Assembly (NCBI GenBank): GCA_001244265.2
Contig: CDLV01000017.1
Span: 62,001 to 126,000, forward strand
Source of the DNA: Microbotryum violaceum
Taxonomy: Eukaryota
Reading direction: 5' to 3'
Length of the DNA stretch: 64,000 bases
Positions 34,302-47,310 of the stretch are shown here, one piece after another. The number at the start of each line of letters is the position of its first letter. The stretch's first letter is position 1. The notes under the pieces are model-generated. The model was given only the letters and a program-made list of their open reading frames with translations. It was not told where the DNA came from and ran no database searches. The translations under genes and the position numbers were made by a program.

Positions 34302-36938
34302 CGTCCCTGGACCGCAGCTCTTGCCAGCGTGGGAGCAACCGTCCCCTTCTTCTAGTCAATCACCACCTGCACTTGCGCCTTCAAAGTCGGATCCGGATTC
34401 TGTCCTTGCGTCCCCACCGGCCGCTTTCCTGACTCGGGCCGTGCAGCACCAATTCAACAACATGTCCCCGATACTCGAACCGCCGAGATCGACGTTCCTC
34501 GTCCGACCCGAATCGTCCATTTCGCAACGACTGGCCGCGAGTGCAGCCGGTGCTCACGGCGCATCATCATCATCCTCCTCAGCTGCATCGAGGCGTCATT
34601 CATCGAGGCCGTCTCCAGTCGAGGCCCCTGGATTTGCAATCGCCGCGAATGTACACATGCCCAAGGAGTGGAGGGTCCAATACGAGATCTGGACGACACG
34701 TAGCATGAAGGCCGAGCAGCCGAGAGCGCCCGTCGCAGAAACGCCGATCACCGTACCGAGTGCGACAACTACGGCAGAGCATGAAACAAATTATCAATGC
34801 CTCGCAGCAACGGAGCCGGCTCTGCCACGACCAACGACCTCGAGACCAGTCATTAACAGAGTATCCGACTTGTCCACCGCATCACTATCGACTCCTGTTC
34901 GTGAAGACCTGTTGTCGACCGTCTCGACCACGGCGACGGCCGCATCCTCCGTCCATTCCTCACCCGTCTTGACCCCTTCGTCCCCGGCGACCACCATTAC
35001 CACGCTCGAAGATGCACCCGTGACCTCCCCCTCGATCCCGAACGGAGTCACATCGACCGTACCGTCTTCATCCCCTACGTCGCCCAATGGGGATCGAACC
35101 GCCGCTGCTGATCAAACGTCGACACCGAAATCGCCCACCGATCCGACTTTGGCCTCGACCTTGGCTCCTCCGGCTACACCCGCACCGTCAGCTTGGGGCG
35201 TCAAAAAGTCGTGGGCCGATCTACTGCGGTCGCCCGGTTCTTCGGTTTCATCGCCTACGCGCCAAGAGGGCTCAGTAGCACGACCTCCCATCATCGAGTA
35301 CATCCCGAAAGCTTCTCCCAACGGCATCGGCAAGAAGAGCCTCGCGCAGACTCTCGCCGGCGTAGAGAACGAGTTTCAGCAACCCCACCCTATTGTCCCT
35401 CGAGGCTTGATCAATAACGGTAACCTCTGCTTTGCGAACGCGATCCTTCAGGTACTCGTCTACTGCGCTCCGTTTGTGAACCTGTTGGACCTGATCAAGA
35501 AGGAAGTTAAGGGTGATCTGAGTGGGAAAACCCCTTCGATGGACGCGATGTGAGTTTGAGTGATACCTGATCGTGTCTCGAGAAACGCGATTTCGCTGAC
35601 ACGTTGCATTGGTCTTTGTAGGATCCACTTTTTATCCGAGTTTCATTCGTCCACCAAGACGAACATTGTCTCGCGCAACCGACTCTCGAAATCGATCCCT
35701 TCTTCACCAGCGACACCGCGCACCAAGCTCAACAACCTCAACGCGCACTCTAAAACACCGATCATACCTTCGTCCCAACCCCACGACACCTTCATCCCTT
35801 TGTCAGAGTACGTCGAACCTTTCGTCCCCGAAGGCGTTTACGAATCGCTCAAACCTAATAAGCGTTTCGATGCGATGCGACGAGGGCATCAAGAGGATGC
35901 TGAAGAATTCTTGGGCTTCTTCCTCGACACTTTGCATGAGGAGATTCTGACTACGATTGATCGTGTGGATGGGGCTAGTAAGAAGGAAACCGTTCACGAG
36001 GTCAAGGAGGTCGAGGAGAAGCAGGATGAGGAGTGGGTCGAGGTCGGGAGTAAAGGAAGGATAGCTACGACTAGAACGGTGAGTTCTATTTCAAGCGCGT
36101 TTAAAATGCTCTGGGGATGTAGATTGAGGAGTGGTCTCTACCCTTTTGATCGGGTCAGACGGAAACGCGCGAATCGCCCGTAACTCGCATTTATGGCGGT
36201 CAACTACGATCGATCCTACGTTGCCCCGGTCAAAAAGACTCGATCACGCTTGAACCGTATCAGCGACTGCAACTCGACATTGAACCTGATCACGTTCGGA
36301 CGATCGAAGACGCTTTGCTCAACCTCACCTTGCCCGAACCTCTACCGGGTTTCATCTCCGCCAAGGGTTTGCGCGTCGAAGCGATGAAGCAAGTTTACCT
36401 CGAATCGTTCCCTCCAGTATTGATCTTGCACCTCAAGCGTTTCGTTTTTGATAATGTTGGTGGGGTACAAAAGAGTGGAAAGTTGATTGGGTATGGGACC
36501 GAATTGGAAATTGGGGAAAAGATCGTCGGACCGACGAAACGCACGGGTAAACCGGTCAAGTACCAATTGTTTGGTGGTGAGTGAGAGTGCAAGTGATGAA
36601 TGACTTTTTGATCGGGCGATGTTGACGGATGGTACACCTTTTTTTTTTTTGGCGCGTTAGTCGTCTATCACCATGGTAATTACGCTTCAGGGGGTCATTA
36701 CACCGTCGCTGTTAGACAACAGATTCATTCGAACGGATCATGGTTACACATTGACGATACCTCGATCCGACCCATCTCTACCGCCGACGTTGCCGTAAAG
36801 GTTACAGGGAAGGGGACGGGGACAGGGACGGGACGCGAAGGTGCAACTACAAGTTCGGGTGTGGGATCTCATGCGTCGTCGATGATGATGGATGGGGAGA
36901 AGAGGGCTTACTTGTTGATGTACAACCGTGTGGACTGA
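33136..36938 (+). CDS. UBP3: Ubiquitin-specific protease Ubp3/USP10 with a long low-complexity N-terminus
   Basis: Cys box PRGLINNGNLCFANAILQ, QEDAEEFLG, LHLKRF, His box YHHG..GGHYT, WLHIDD, AYLLMY. A KSWADL motif precedes the catalytic domain. Start ATG is inferred. Confidence 0.88.
34258..34299 (+). repeat. (CAG)14 microsatellite encoding polyQ in Ubp3
   Basis: Direct reading; in frame within ORF 32941-35553. Confidence 0.95.
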
Positions 36939-37220
36939 GTGCATGTTTGAGCAAATGCAAAATCGGTGATTTTTTGCTATTACTCAAGATATATCGTGGA
37001 CTTGGGAGTCACTTTTTAAAGAGCAAGCAGACAAGAGGTGCCACCCTATCGCGAGACGGCGTGTGCGGTTCTCTCGATCGGCCTCGGGCAGCATTCGCCG
37101 GAGATGCCGAAACGTCTTCGCCGCTCGCCGTTAGCCGTTCGCCGCTCTCGCCGCATTAGTAACTCGCCGATCGTGTACTCTCTTTCTCTCTCTCTCCGTA
37201 CACTACCAACCCTACCACCC

Positions 37221-39058
37221 ATGGCCCCGATCAATCTCCCCATCTCACACCTCTCCGAAGGACTAACCATAGACACATTCTATCGTCTACTCACCCAATT
37301 CCTCCTCGACCCGCGTCTCATCTTCCTCCTTACCTTCCTTCACACACGAGCTCTAGATCAATCCCCTTTGAAGTTATTTCAACTCGTCTGGCAAGGTCGA
37401 GCAGATACGCTCACCAACTCTTTGGTGGGATGTTTGGTATTGAGTTTATTATTATGGTTCAATGAATCGTTGAGTCATGCGAGTAGGAATAATTGGGTTT
37501 TAGGAGGAAGTAAGGCTGTCAAGTGGGGGTGGGATCAAGAGGGTGAGAAAGTCGAGGTGGTGATTATTACCGGTGGTACGTAAGCCTAGGTATGAGAAAG
37601 CATACGTTCCGGGATTACCCCTGGAGTAAAGTGTTCGAGTTCAGGGGGTGGCGCTGAGATTTGTTGTTCTATGTTCATGTTCCGTGTGTAGGTTCAGGGT
37701 CAGTAGGTTTGGAAATGGTCCGAGGTTTCGGCGAGATGACCAAGGCCAAAGTAGTCGTTCTTGATGTCGTGGAACCGAAAGGGGGACCCTGTGAGTTAGG
37801 CACACCGCAGTAAAGGTTTTTTTTTTTACTGAGGAAGGGATGGCTTATCGTGTTTTTTGGTACCTCCCAGTCCCCAATATGACCTTCTATCATTGCGACC
37901 TCGGTTCTCCCGAGGAGATCAAAAAAGTGTGCGAAACGGTCCTCAAACAGGTTGGACAACCGTGAGTATTTTTACGGTTACCCTTAATAAACTAGTCAAA
38001 AATTTGACGAGGGAATTTTAAATAACAGTTCGGTCCTGATCAATAACGCCGGGGTCGTTCGTTCGGCCTCGATCCTCAATTCGACGACTCGAGATGTCGA
38101 TCTGTAAGGCTGGTTGGTGGTCGGTGACCTGCCTTTTCGTATTGCGGAATGCTATGAAGCTAATCTTGAAGCATTTTGTGCGGAACAAGTACCTACGATA
38201 TCAACGTCAAATCGCACTACTACACCGTGCAGGCTTTCTTGCCAGGAATGATCAAGAAGGGCAAGGGGCATATCGTGGTGCGTACTCGAGCCCCTCAATT
38301 CGAGTGAGGCTTTCTCGGACTAATGTTGGATCTATGCTCAGACAATCGCGTCAAACACGGCTTACATCCAAGCCGCCAAAGGCGTCAGCTGTACGTCCCA
38401 TCCTCAGACCCCCTTGGCTCACTCTTGACATAAATCCTGACCCTCTTTCTAATTTCCCCCTCAAGATGCCGCATCCAAATCCTCCACGCTCTCCTTCCAC
38501 GAAGGTCTAACCGAAGAACTACGCCATCTCTACGAACCTTCGGCGCGATCTATTCGCACGAGTGCCATTTTACCCGGTCATATTCAAGGACCTATGTTTG
38601 ATGGTTTCGATGCGGGTATGCCGAGTTGGTTGATGCCAAGTTTGCAGCCTTCTACGGTCGCGCGTTTAGTAGTGAGGTGTGTGATCAGTGGGGAGTCACA
38701 GGTGAGTTTTCTTGTTGGGATATGTTGATGGTGTGGTAGATCGGAGAGAAGGGGGCTGGTTGGTCATGCCAGCCAGTCACGGGGGCTCGGCTGACCGAGA
38801 CCCTGAAACATGTGGGTGTGCAGTTTATCATCGAACCTTTGTACGCCAAGACATTACCTTTGGTCCGTGCTCTACCTACCTGGTTAGGCGATGTGTTGTA
38901 TGGGTGAGTTCGATACCTTCCTTCTACTTCTATTTCTCCCCGTTACGCGAGCTGACACGACCGACCTGAACTCCTTCCTCCGAGTCCGCCCGAGCAGCTT
39001 GGCCAAGAATTCATTGGCGCAGGTGCAGCTTGATCAGGGTGGTAAAAAAGTGCAGTAA
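37221..39058 (+). CDS. Short-chain dehydrogenase/reductase with N-terminal membrane anchor (retinol-DH/Tda5-like)
   Basis: VVIITGG|SGSVG Rossmann motif, VLINNAGV, VNVKSHYYTVQAFLPGM..GHIV, and catalytic Y|AASK, spread over many short exons. Confidence 0.82.
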
Positions 39059-39330
39059 TTACTGGGTGTTTTTGTTTTCTGATGTTTGTTTTGTTTTTTG
39101 TATGGTGTCAAAAGTAGGAGTGCGCTGCGGAGTTTTTGAAATTATGCCCGATTAAGAAAAGTGCGCTCAAGTGAATGAATTTGAGCCCGTTTCGTCATTA
39201 CGCATTACGATACGGCCTATTTTTGGCGAAGGGGGCTTTCGTTCCTTTTGCTTCTTGCTTCTTCCTGGTCTGCTCTGCTCCTCAACGCCCGCTGCGTCGT
39301 TCCCTCAGCTCGTCCGTCTCTCCCACCGGT

Positions 39331-42118
39331 ATGCTCCCGTCAACACGGACGACATTGCTCCGTGCGAGCCATCAGACACCCCTCGGTGGCTCCCCCTTCC
39401 GTGCCCATCTCGTGCGGTCAACGCCTGCCTCGGCCTCACGCTCGGCCACGCGCTCGATCGTCATAGCTCGGTCAAGCCTTCCCGTCTCCCCCCTCAGTTC
39501 CCGCACGCTGTTCAGCTCCTCCAAAGCTCACCCACCCGACTGGAAACCTCTCTACCGACGTCGACCGATCCTATTCACCTGCATCGCCCTTCCCACCACC
39601 TTGATCGTTTCCGTCGTCGTGATCGGTGCCGGTTTATTAGCCTACGATGCCTCAACTTATCAAGCTAAACATATCAAGAACGTCAATGTAGATCCGTTGG
39701 CTTTGAGTCCTCATAGGGGAGGGAAGAAGGACCTCAAAATTGCCGAAGTGTTGATTGATGATACGGTAGGTTACAGCGAACAGCGAGCGTTGGAGTGAAC
39801 GTTCGTGGGAACAGGGGAGGGAATTCAATCACTGATGATGGATCGGATCGGATATTCTTTCAGGACGACGAGAAACATGCGAAATCGTTCAAGAAACAAA
39901 GGATGGTTATCGTAGGAGGTGGATGGGGCGTAAGTACTACTGCACCCTCTTGCAAACGGGGGAGAAAATTCGGAACCCCCATCTCTGAGAACGCTCCCCC
40001 TTATTCATTTTCACACCCCTTTCAGAGCGTAGGCATCTTGAAACATCTCGATCCCGACCAATGGCACGTCACCGTTGTCGCACCCGAAAATTACTTTTTG
40101 TTTCACCCTCTTTTGCGTGAGTACCAACAGTTCACACCAAACGTGGTGAATTTTCGCAGGTCGTTTTCGCTAAATCACCTAGAATGTCTGTTTTTGAATT
40201 CGTCGTAGCCTCCGCAACGGTTGGGACGGTCGAAGTGAGGTCCTTGGTCGAACCGTTGAGGAAAATCATCGCTCGCGTTAGTGGGCATTACCTCCAAGCA
40301 AAGTGAGTGTTGCTTTCAACCGAGGCATGGGAAGCCTGCTGGAAGCTAAAATTTTGACTATGGGAAAGGGCCGTCGATGTGGATTTTTCGGAACGGTTGT
40401 TGGAGGTGCAGGGTCATGGACAAGAGAACTTTTACGTTCCGGTCAGTCGATTCAGTGTAGGAAAGACCTAGAGCTATGTTGAGTCTTGGTCTCGCGCCTC
40501 GACAGTACGACCGCCTAATCATCGCCTGCGGTTCCGTCAACTCGACCCACGGCGTTCCTGGCCTCGAACACTGTCACCAACTGAAAACGGTCCCGGACGC
40601 TCAAAAGATTAGAAGAAGGGTGATGGACAACCTCGAAAAGGCGTGCTTGCCCGAAACCGAACAGGAGGAGCGCGAACGATTGTTGAGTTTCGTCGTTTGC
40701 GGCGGTGGACCGACGGGAGTCGAATTTGCGAGTGAATTGTTTGATATGATCAATGAGGATGTGCTGAGCTGTGAGTGTTTGATGTGGAGAGTGAAGTGAT
40801 TCGTGACGGAGGGGGACTGAAACAACGTCCCCTGCTGTCTCTGCTTACAGTCATGCCCAAGATCCTACGCGACCAAGTCTCGGTGCACATCATCCAATCG
40901 CGCGACCACATCCTCAACACCTACGCCGAGACGATCTCACAATTCGCCGAAGCCAAGTTCTCAAGAGACGAAATCGATACCATCCTCAATGCGCGCGTCA
41001 AAGAGGTCAAACCGGATCGAGTGATCTATACGACCAAGGGTCCGGATGGGAAGCTGAGTGAACATAGCGTCAAGAGTGGTTTCACGTTGTGGTCAACTGG
41101 GATCGGTGAGCACACTTTCTTTTACCATGAGGTTTTTGGTTTTTGAGCGAGTGAAAGAAGACTGACCTAACAAGGCTGTATTGGGGGTCGAAAGCGATGA
41201 ACCCTTTCACCGAACGCGTCGCTTCTTTACTTCCTAATCAATACCACAAGCATGCGCTCGAGGTCGATTCTCATCTTCGAGTGATTGGCGCTCCATTGGG
41301 AACGGTTTATGCTTTAGGTGATTGTGCGACGATAGAGACGAGGTTGGTGGATCATCTTTTGGAGATGGTCGAGAGATGCGATGAGGATCATGATGGGAAC
41401 ATCAATGATGCCGAATTTAAAAAGATGATCAAGGTGCGCCCCCTCCAGTAAAGTTTTCGACCTATTTGGTAGTTAGCGCGGAAGAGGCTAATCGTAGACT
41501 GTTTTTTTTTTGTGTGTGTGTGGGGGGGGTTCCGATGGATAAGATGGTGAATCGCAAATTCCCTACGGCGCAAATCCACGTCGACAAGATCCAAGACATC
41601 TTTAACAAGTACGCGCGCAGCGACAAAACGTTGGGGATGAACGAGTTGGCCGAGATGTTTATCAACATTTCGCAAAAGATGACTAACCTTCCCGCAACGG
41701 CTCAAGTCGCGAATCAACAAGGGGTGTATTTGGGAAAGAAGTTTAGCAAGATCGCCAAGGTCGGACATGAGGCGGCTACGATTAATGGGGTGTATGATGA
41801 TCCGGATGACCTGTTGTACCAGCCTTTCAAGTACCGTAATCGTGAGTCCGCCCAAGGAAAGCCTATTCGACAAGCGTGTTTCCTTGATCCTGACCCTGTT
41901 TCTTCCACACCTGCCAACAAACAGTCGGCTCCCTCGCCTATGTGGGTAATTCTGCCGTCTTTGACGTGAACGGCTACAACTTTGCCGGGGGTTTGGTCGC
42001 CATGTACCTTTGGAGGTCCGTGTATTGGTCCGAACAAGTTTCGACGAGGACGAGGGTGCTGTTGATGCTCGATTGGATCAAGAGAGGAATCTTTGGCAGG
42101 GATTTGTCAAAGTTCTGA
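39331..42118 (+). CDS. Mitochondrial type II (external) NAD(P)H dehydrogenase with EF-hand, NDE1/64-kDa type
   Basis: Arg/Ser-rich presequence, VIVGGGWG, VVCGGGPTGVEFASEL, LWSTGI, YALGDCAT, EF-hand DEDHDGNINDAEF, LPATAQVANQQG, C-terminal LDWIKRGIFGRDLSKF*. Confidence 0.92.
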
Positions 42119-42370
42119 ATACATATTGTGTGATTTATATGTGCGAATTGTCTGAGCTTTTTGTGTAGTGGTAGTGATATAGAGATGATTCCTGAAAGAT
42201 TTGGATCGTATGCCTAGTCGTTGGTCGTTTGCGGATTGTTGCAGTCACCTTGGCGCTCCTTCTCGCAGCGTCTGCTCCCTCTCTTCCTCCCTCTCTTCCT
42301 CCCTCTCTCCCTCCCTCACGCGCTCGCCATCGCACCCATTCGACACGGTCCAAAGCACCGATAGAATAGC

Positions 42371-45300
42371 ATGTCGTCCGCGTCCGAGATCCTATCCAAC
42401 TGCTTCCAAGCTGGCCTCGACTACCCAATCCTGAACTACGTCTCTTCTCTCTGGTCTGACCCTCAAGCCGATCCTAACGATGATCCCGTAGAGACCTTCA
42501 TCCGTCCCTTACTAGAAGGAGAACAAATCGAACCTAGAAAGATAGATCAAGTTTGTGAAGCTTTACAAGCTTTATGGGTCGAGCAAACGGGAGGATCGAA
42601 AGGTAGGAGTGGGAAGGGTGAACCGACCAAGTTGGAAAACGTGTTGGATATGAGGAGGCAGGAGGGGTTGAGTAAACGACAGACCGTGACGCAGGTGGTG
42701 GATATAGCTTCGGTCGTGAGTGCATTTAATTGAGCACTATAGGCGGGGGTAGGGATAGATAATGCTGATACGGTTCGACTTTGCAATTCGGGTTTGGATC
42801 CCGTCATCCGCCCATTTGCCATTCGCCACTCGATACGCATCACAAAGGTCAAAGCACGCGACACTCAAGTCAATCTCAAAGCTCTCGAAAAAGCCGAAGC
42901 CAAAATTGCGGCCAAGATGGCCAAACGTGATCGCAAGAACGCGTACGAATCCTCCAAATTACTCGACGCCGCCAAGGCCCAAAAATCCTACGAGGAATTG
43001 TTCCTCGAAGTGAACCCTTTGCAGAGCTCGAGTCAGAATAAAGGAAAGAGTAAGGATATTCATTTGGAGAATATCGATGTTAGCTTTGGTTCGTTGAGGA
43101 TCTTGAGTAACGCCACCTTGACGCTGCCCCATGGACGGTGAGTCGCAGGTTTTTGTTCTTTCGGGCGGGGAAACGGAACTTGAGCGCAGGTTAGATAGAG
43201 CGCAGGGAACTGATAGATGACCTTGCTTTGACATAGACGAGCCGGGTTGATCGGTCGTAACGGTATCGGAAAGTCGACGCTGTTGCGCGCGATGGCGTTG
43301 CGAGAAGTCGCGATCCCGCAACACATCACGATCCTCTACGTTCAACAAGAAGTCATCGGCGATGACACCCTCGCGATCGATTCCGTCCTTCAAGCCGACG
43401 TTCATCGTACGCGTCTCATGAACGAGGAAGCTGAGCTCAATGCGACCCTGCAATCGATGGAAGATGCGGCCGACCAAGCCGAAGCTTCGGCAAAGGAAAA
43501 CGGCGCTCTCCCCCCGGCACAAGACGAGGCTTCCTCCTCCGCCGAAGCGAAAAAGAAGGATCGCAAGAGGGACGAAGTTACCGTTCGATTGGGAGAAGTT
43601 CAAAACCTCTTGGTCGAGATCGATGCCGATTCGGGACCGAGTCGTGCGGCAGAGTTGTTGGCCGGTTTAGGATTCTCGGCTTCGGATCAAAAGATGCCGA
43701 CGAGGGCTTTCTCCGGTGGGTGGAGGATGAGATTGAGTTTGGCGCGTGGTACGTTCGGCTTTCCATCAGTGTTCTCGGTAGGGGTTTTTTTTTTTTTTCC
43801 TGATCACACAGGTTGGAAAACATCCTCACAGCATTGTTTTGCAAACCCGATTTGCTCTTGCTCGACGAACCTTCCAACAACTTGGATCTCAACGCACTTG
43901 CATGGTAAGTACACGTCTGTGGCCTCTACACCTTAGGACCCAATCAGACTGAACAGCCTCCACTAAACCCCCTGCTCCCTCCCCAGGCTCGAAGACTACT
44001 TGCAAACCTGGCCCTCGACGCTCTTCGTCGTCTCCCACGACCGAGCCTTCCTCGACGCCGTCGCAACGGATATCATCCACCAACACAACGAACGCCTCGA
44101 CTATTACAAGGGCAACTTTACCCAATTCTACGCGACCAAGTCGGAGAGGGCTAAGCAGCAGAGGAGGGAGTATGATGCGCAGGAACAGTACAAACAGCAC
44201 TTGCAGGCTTTCATTGATCGATGGAGGTGTGAGTACTCCCGCATCGGAGCCGGAAGTGAATTGGTTGGTTGACGCTTTCATCCCTTGTGAACGGAACGAT
44301 AGACAACGCGAACCGAGCCGCGCAAGCTCAAATGAAGATCAAGATTCTCGAAAAATTGCCCGACCTCGAACCGCCCGAAGAAGACGACGTTGTCACTTTC
44401 AAATTCCCCGAAACAGACAAGATCTCCCCACCGCTCCTTCAACTGTCCGACGTATCCTTTGGGTACACGAAGGACAAGCTTTTGTTGAAGGATGTGAATG
44501 TGGATGTTGGGTTGGATTCGAGGATGGGCTTGATTGGAGCTAACGGAGCGGGCAAGTCGACGATGTTGAAATTGTTGATTGGGGAGTTGCAGCCTACGAG
44601 TGGGCAACAAACGAGGAATGGGAGGTTGAGGATCGCCTGTAATTCTTTTTTTGGTTCCGTGTTCGTCGTTGTCGTTGTCGTCTCTGAGCTCGTGAACTGA
44701 CAAGGGTGTTTTTTGGGGGAGTTGCGGTGTAGATTTCGCGCAACACCACATCGACTCATTGGACCTGACGGTCAACAGCGTTCAGTTCCTCGCCAAGATG
44801 TTCCCCGGCAAGTCCGAGCAAGAGTATCGTCAACACTTGGGTGCTTTCGGAATCACGGTGCGTTGCTACCACCACAAGACTCGACTTTGTGGGGGGGGTG
44901 GTGGGGCTGATATGTGTGGGAGTTGGTTCGTGATATAGGGTATGACGAGTTTGCAACTCATTGGAACGTTGTCCGGAGGTCAAAAGAGTCGAGTTTCGTT
45001 TGCTACTTTGTCGTTGCAACAACCTCATGTGAGCACTCGTTTCATTCTGCACTTTCTCCCATAAAGAGTCTGACACGATTTTTCTCTTTACACACCAGAT
45101 CTTGCTGCTCGACGAACCGACCAATCATCTCGATATCGAAGGTCTGGACGCGTTGATGAACGCGCTCAAGGCATGGAATGGCGGTGGTGAGTTTTCGAGG
45201 AAAGAGTTTTGATCGCATGCCGCACCGGAAATTGACGTTATTTTTGCCCATCTCGTGCCTCGATTAGTGATCGTCATCTCCCACGACTCGACCTTTTTGC

Positions 45301-45641
45301 ATACGTGAGTATCCTTGACTTTGGGGAGGGATGGTTCAGCACTTTATCTCACCAGAGTTTCGATCTCACAGTGTGTGCGATCAGTTGTGGGTCTGCGCGG
45401 ATCAAAAAGTCGAAAAGTTTTATGGCGATGGTCAGTCGTCGAACGAGTTTGCTTGTGATGCTGTTTCGATGTTGATGATGTTCGTGTGGTGCTTTGTGTG
45501 CATCTGCAGTCACGGAGTACAAGAACATCATCGTACGTACTACTTTTGTGCGTGACTCGCACGCCATGTTCCGAGCTGACCGCGCGCTCTCTCACTCCAC
45601 CCTTGAAACAGGTCAACAATGCCAAGAACAAGCCCACGTAG
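42371..45641 (+). CDS. GCN20: ABC-F protein Gcn20/ABCF3
   Basis: Two ABC cassettes ([25 protein letters not shown] and [27 protein letters not shown]), no TM segments, and a Gcn20-like N-terminal extension. Confidence 0.88.
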
Positions 45642-45901
45642 TAGATCTTGGCATAGCTTGTTTCCTCTTTTCGTTCGCAATCTGGCAAGACCGGCTGGGT
45701 CTGTTGTCTTTTGAAAGTGAAGCGGACCGGAATGAGCCGAGGAGGTCCAAGCTCAAACGCGTGGCAGTGACGACTGACGGGGTCGTCGCGCGTCGTCAGC
45801 GTCAGCCCCCACCTCGTCCCACGCCGCTCTCTTCCCGCTCTTCTCACTCTTCTCGCTCTTCTAACCTGATCCCGTTACAACCCAGCTCATCCAAGCTCAT
45901 C

Positions 45902-47310
45902 ATGTCGCGAGGCTACGACCGCTCTCTCGTCACTTTTTCACCCGATGGTCATCTATTCCAAGTAAGTTAACCTCCGCTAACCGCTGCTCGTCGGCCCTCC
46001 CTCCTCCCCTCCTCGCTCCCTCGCTCAAACTCAACCCTAACCCACCCGCTCTCTCTTCCTCCCTAACCCACCCGCTCTGAACCTCTACCTCCCAGGTGGA
46101 CTATGCCCTCGAAGCCGTACGTAAAGGTACCTGTGCCGTAGGTGTAAGAGGTAAACAAGTTGTCGTACTCGGCGTGGAGAAGAAGTCCGTCATGCAACTA
46201 CAGGACCCTAGAACGGTTAGGAAAACGGCCATGATTGATGATCATGTTTGTTTGGGATTCGCGGGTGAGTTTCTCCTAGGGAGGTTTCCTGGGGCGAGGG
46301 TGTAGGGGTGCTGGGTGCTGGTGGTGGTGCGTTGTGTTGGGAGGGAAGAGGGAGACGGAGAGGGAGTGGGGTTGATATGACGCGGCGTTTGCTGGGGGGA
46401 GGATACCCGCGGTTGGAGAGGCGTGTGGTCAGGCTTACTCTAGATGGTAAGGATACACGGGAGCTAATCACTTTTATAACAACTACCCACCTGTTCAGGT
46501 CTGACTGCGGACGCGAGGATCCTGGTCGACCGAGCGAGGATGGAATGTCAGTCGCATCGATTGACCGTCGAAGACCCCGTCACGGTCGAATACATTACTC
46601 GACACATCGCCGGTATTCAACAGGTGAGCCAATCTAGAGAGTTTTCACTTGGGTTGTGCTCTCACTTGAACGACTACGCAGGACCCTAATTGACGTTTTG
46701 CCAATCGTTCTCATAAAACAATAAGAAATACACCCAATCCGGCGGGATGAGACCGTTCGGTATTTCTTGCCTCATCATAGGCTTCGACCACGATGACCCA
46801 ACCCCTCGTTTATACCTAACCGAACCCTCGGGAATCTTTTCGGCTTGGCGAGCGAACGCGATAGGGAGGTCGTCCAAGACCGTACGTGAATTCTTGGAAA
46901 AGAATTGGGTCGCTGATTTGGATAAGGATGAAGCGGTCAAGTTGGCGGTCAAATCCCTTTTGGAGGTCGTACAAACGGGAGCGAAGAATATCGATTTGGC
47001 CGTCATGACCGGTCATGGTCAAGTTAGGGTGAGTTGAGTGGGAACGCGGGGATGCAGCTGCTATGCGGGATGGGGGCAGAGAGAATGTCGTGGCGAGTGT
47101 TTTTCTCTCTCTCTGAGCTGAGCTGAACCATTCCTCTTTTTTTAAACACAGAATTTGACATTAGAAGAGATCGAAGCGGTCGTTGCGGAGATTGAAAAGG
47201 AGAAGGAGGCCGAACAGGAGAAGAAGAAGAATCGATTGGCCGCGACGGCCGCGTCGAGGGAAGCGATGACCGTCGGTCCGAGTGTGACGCAGTCGTTGGG
47301 AGAGGTATAG
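45902..47310 (+). CDS. PRE6: 20S proteasome subunit alpha4 (PSMA7)
   Basis: [95 protein letters not shown]. Confidence 0.95.

Noticed and set aside
46000-46380. C-rich intron 1 and G-rich intron 2 of PRE6 are loosely complementary; CCCTAACCC telomere-like words
   Set aside because: Low-complexity sequence explains the match, and there is no tandem telomeric array.
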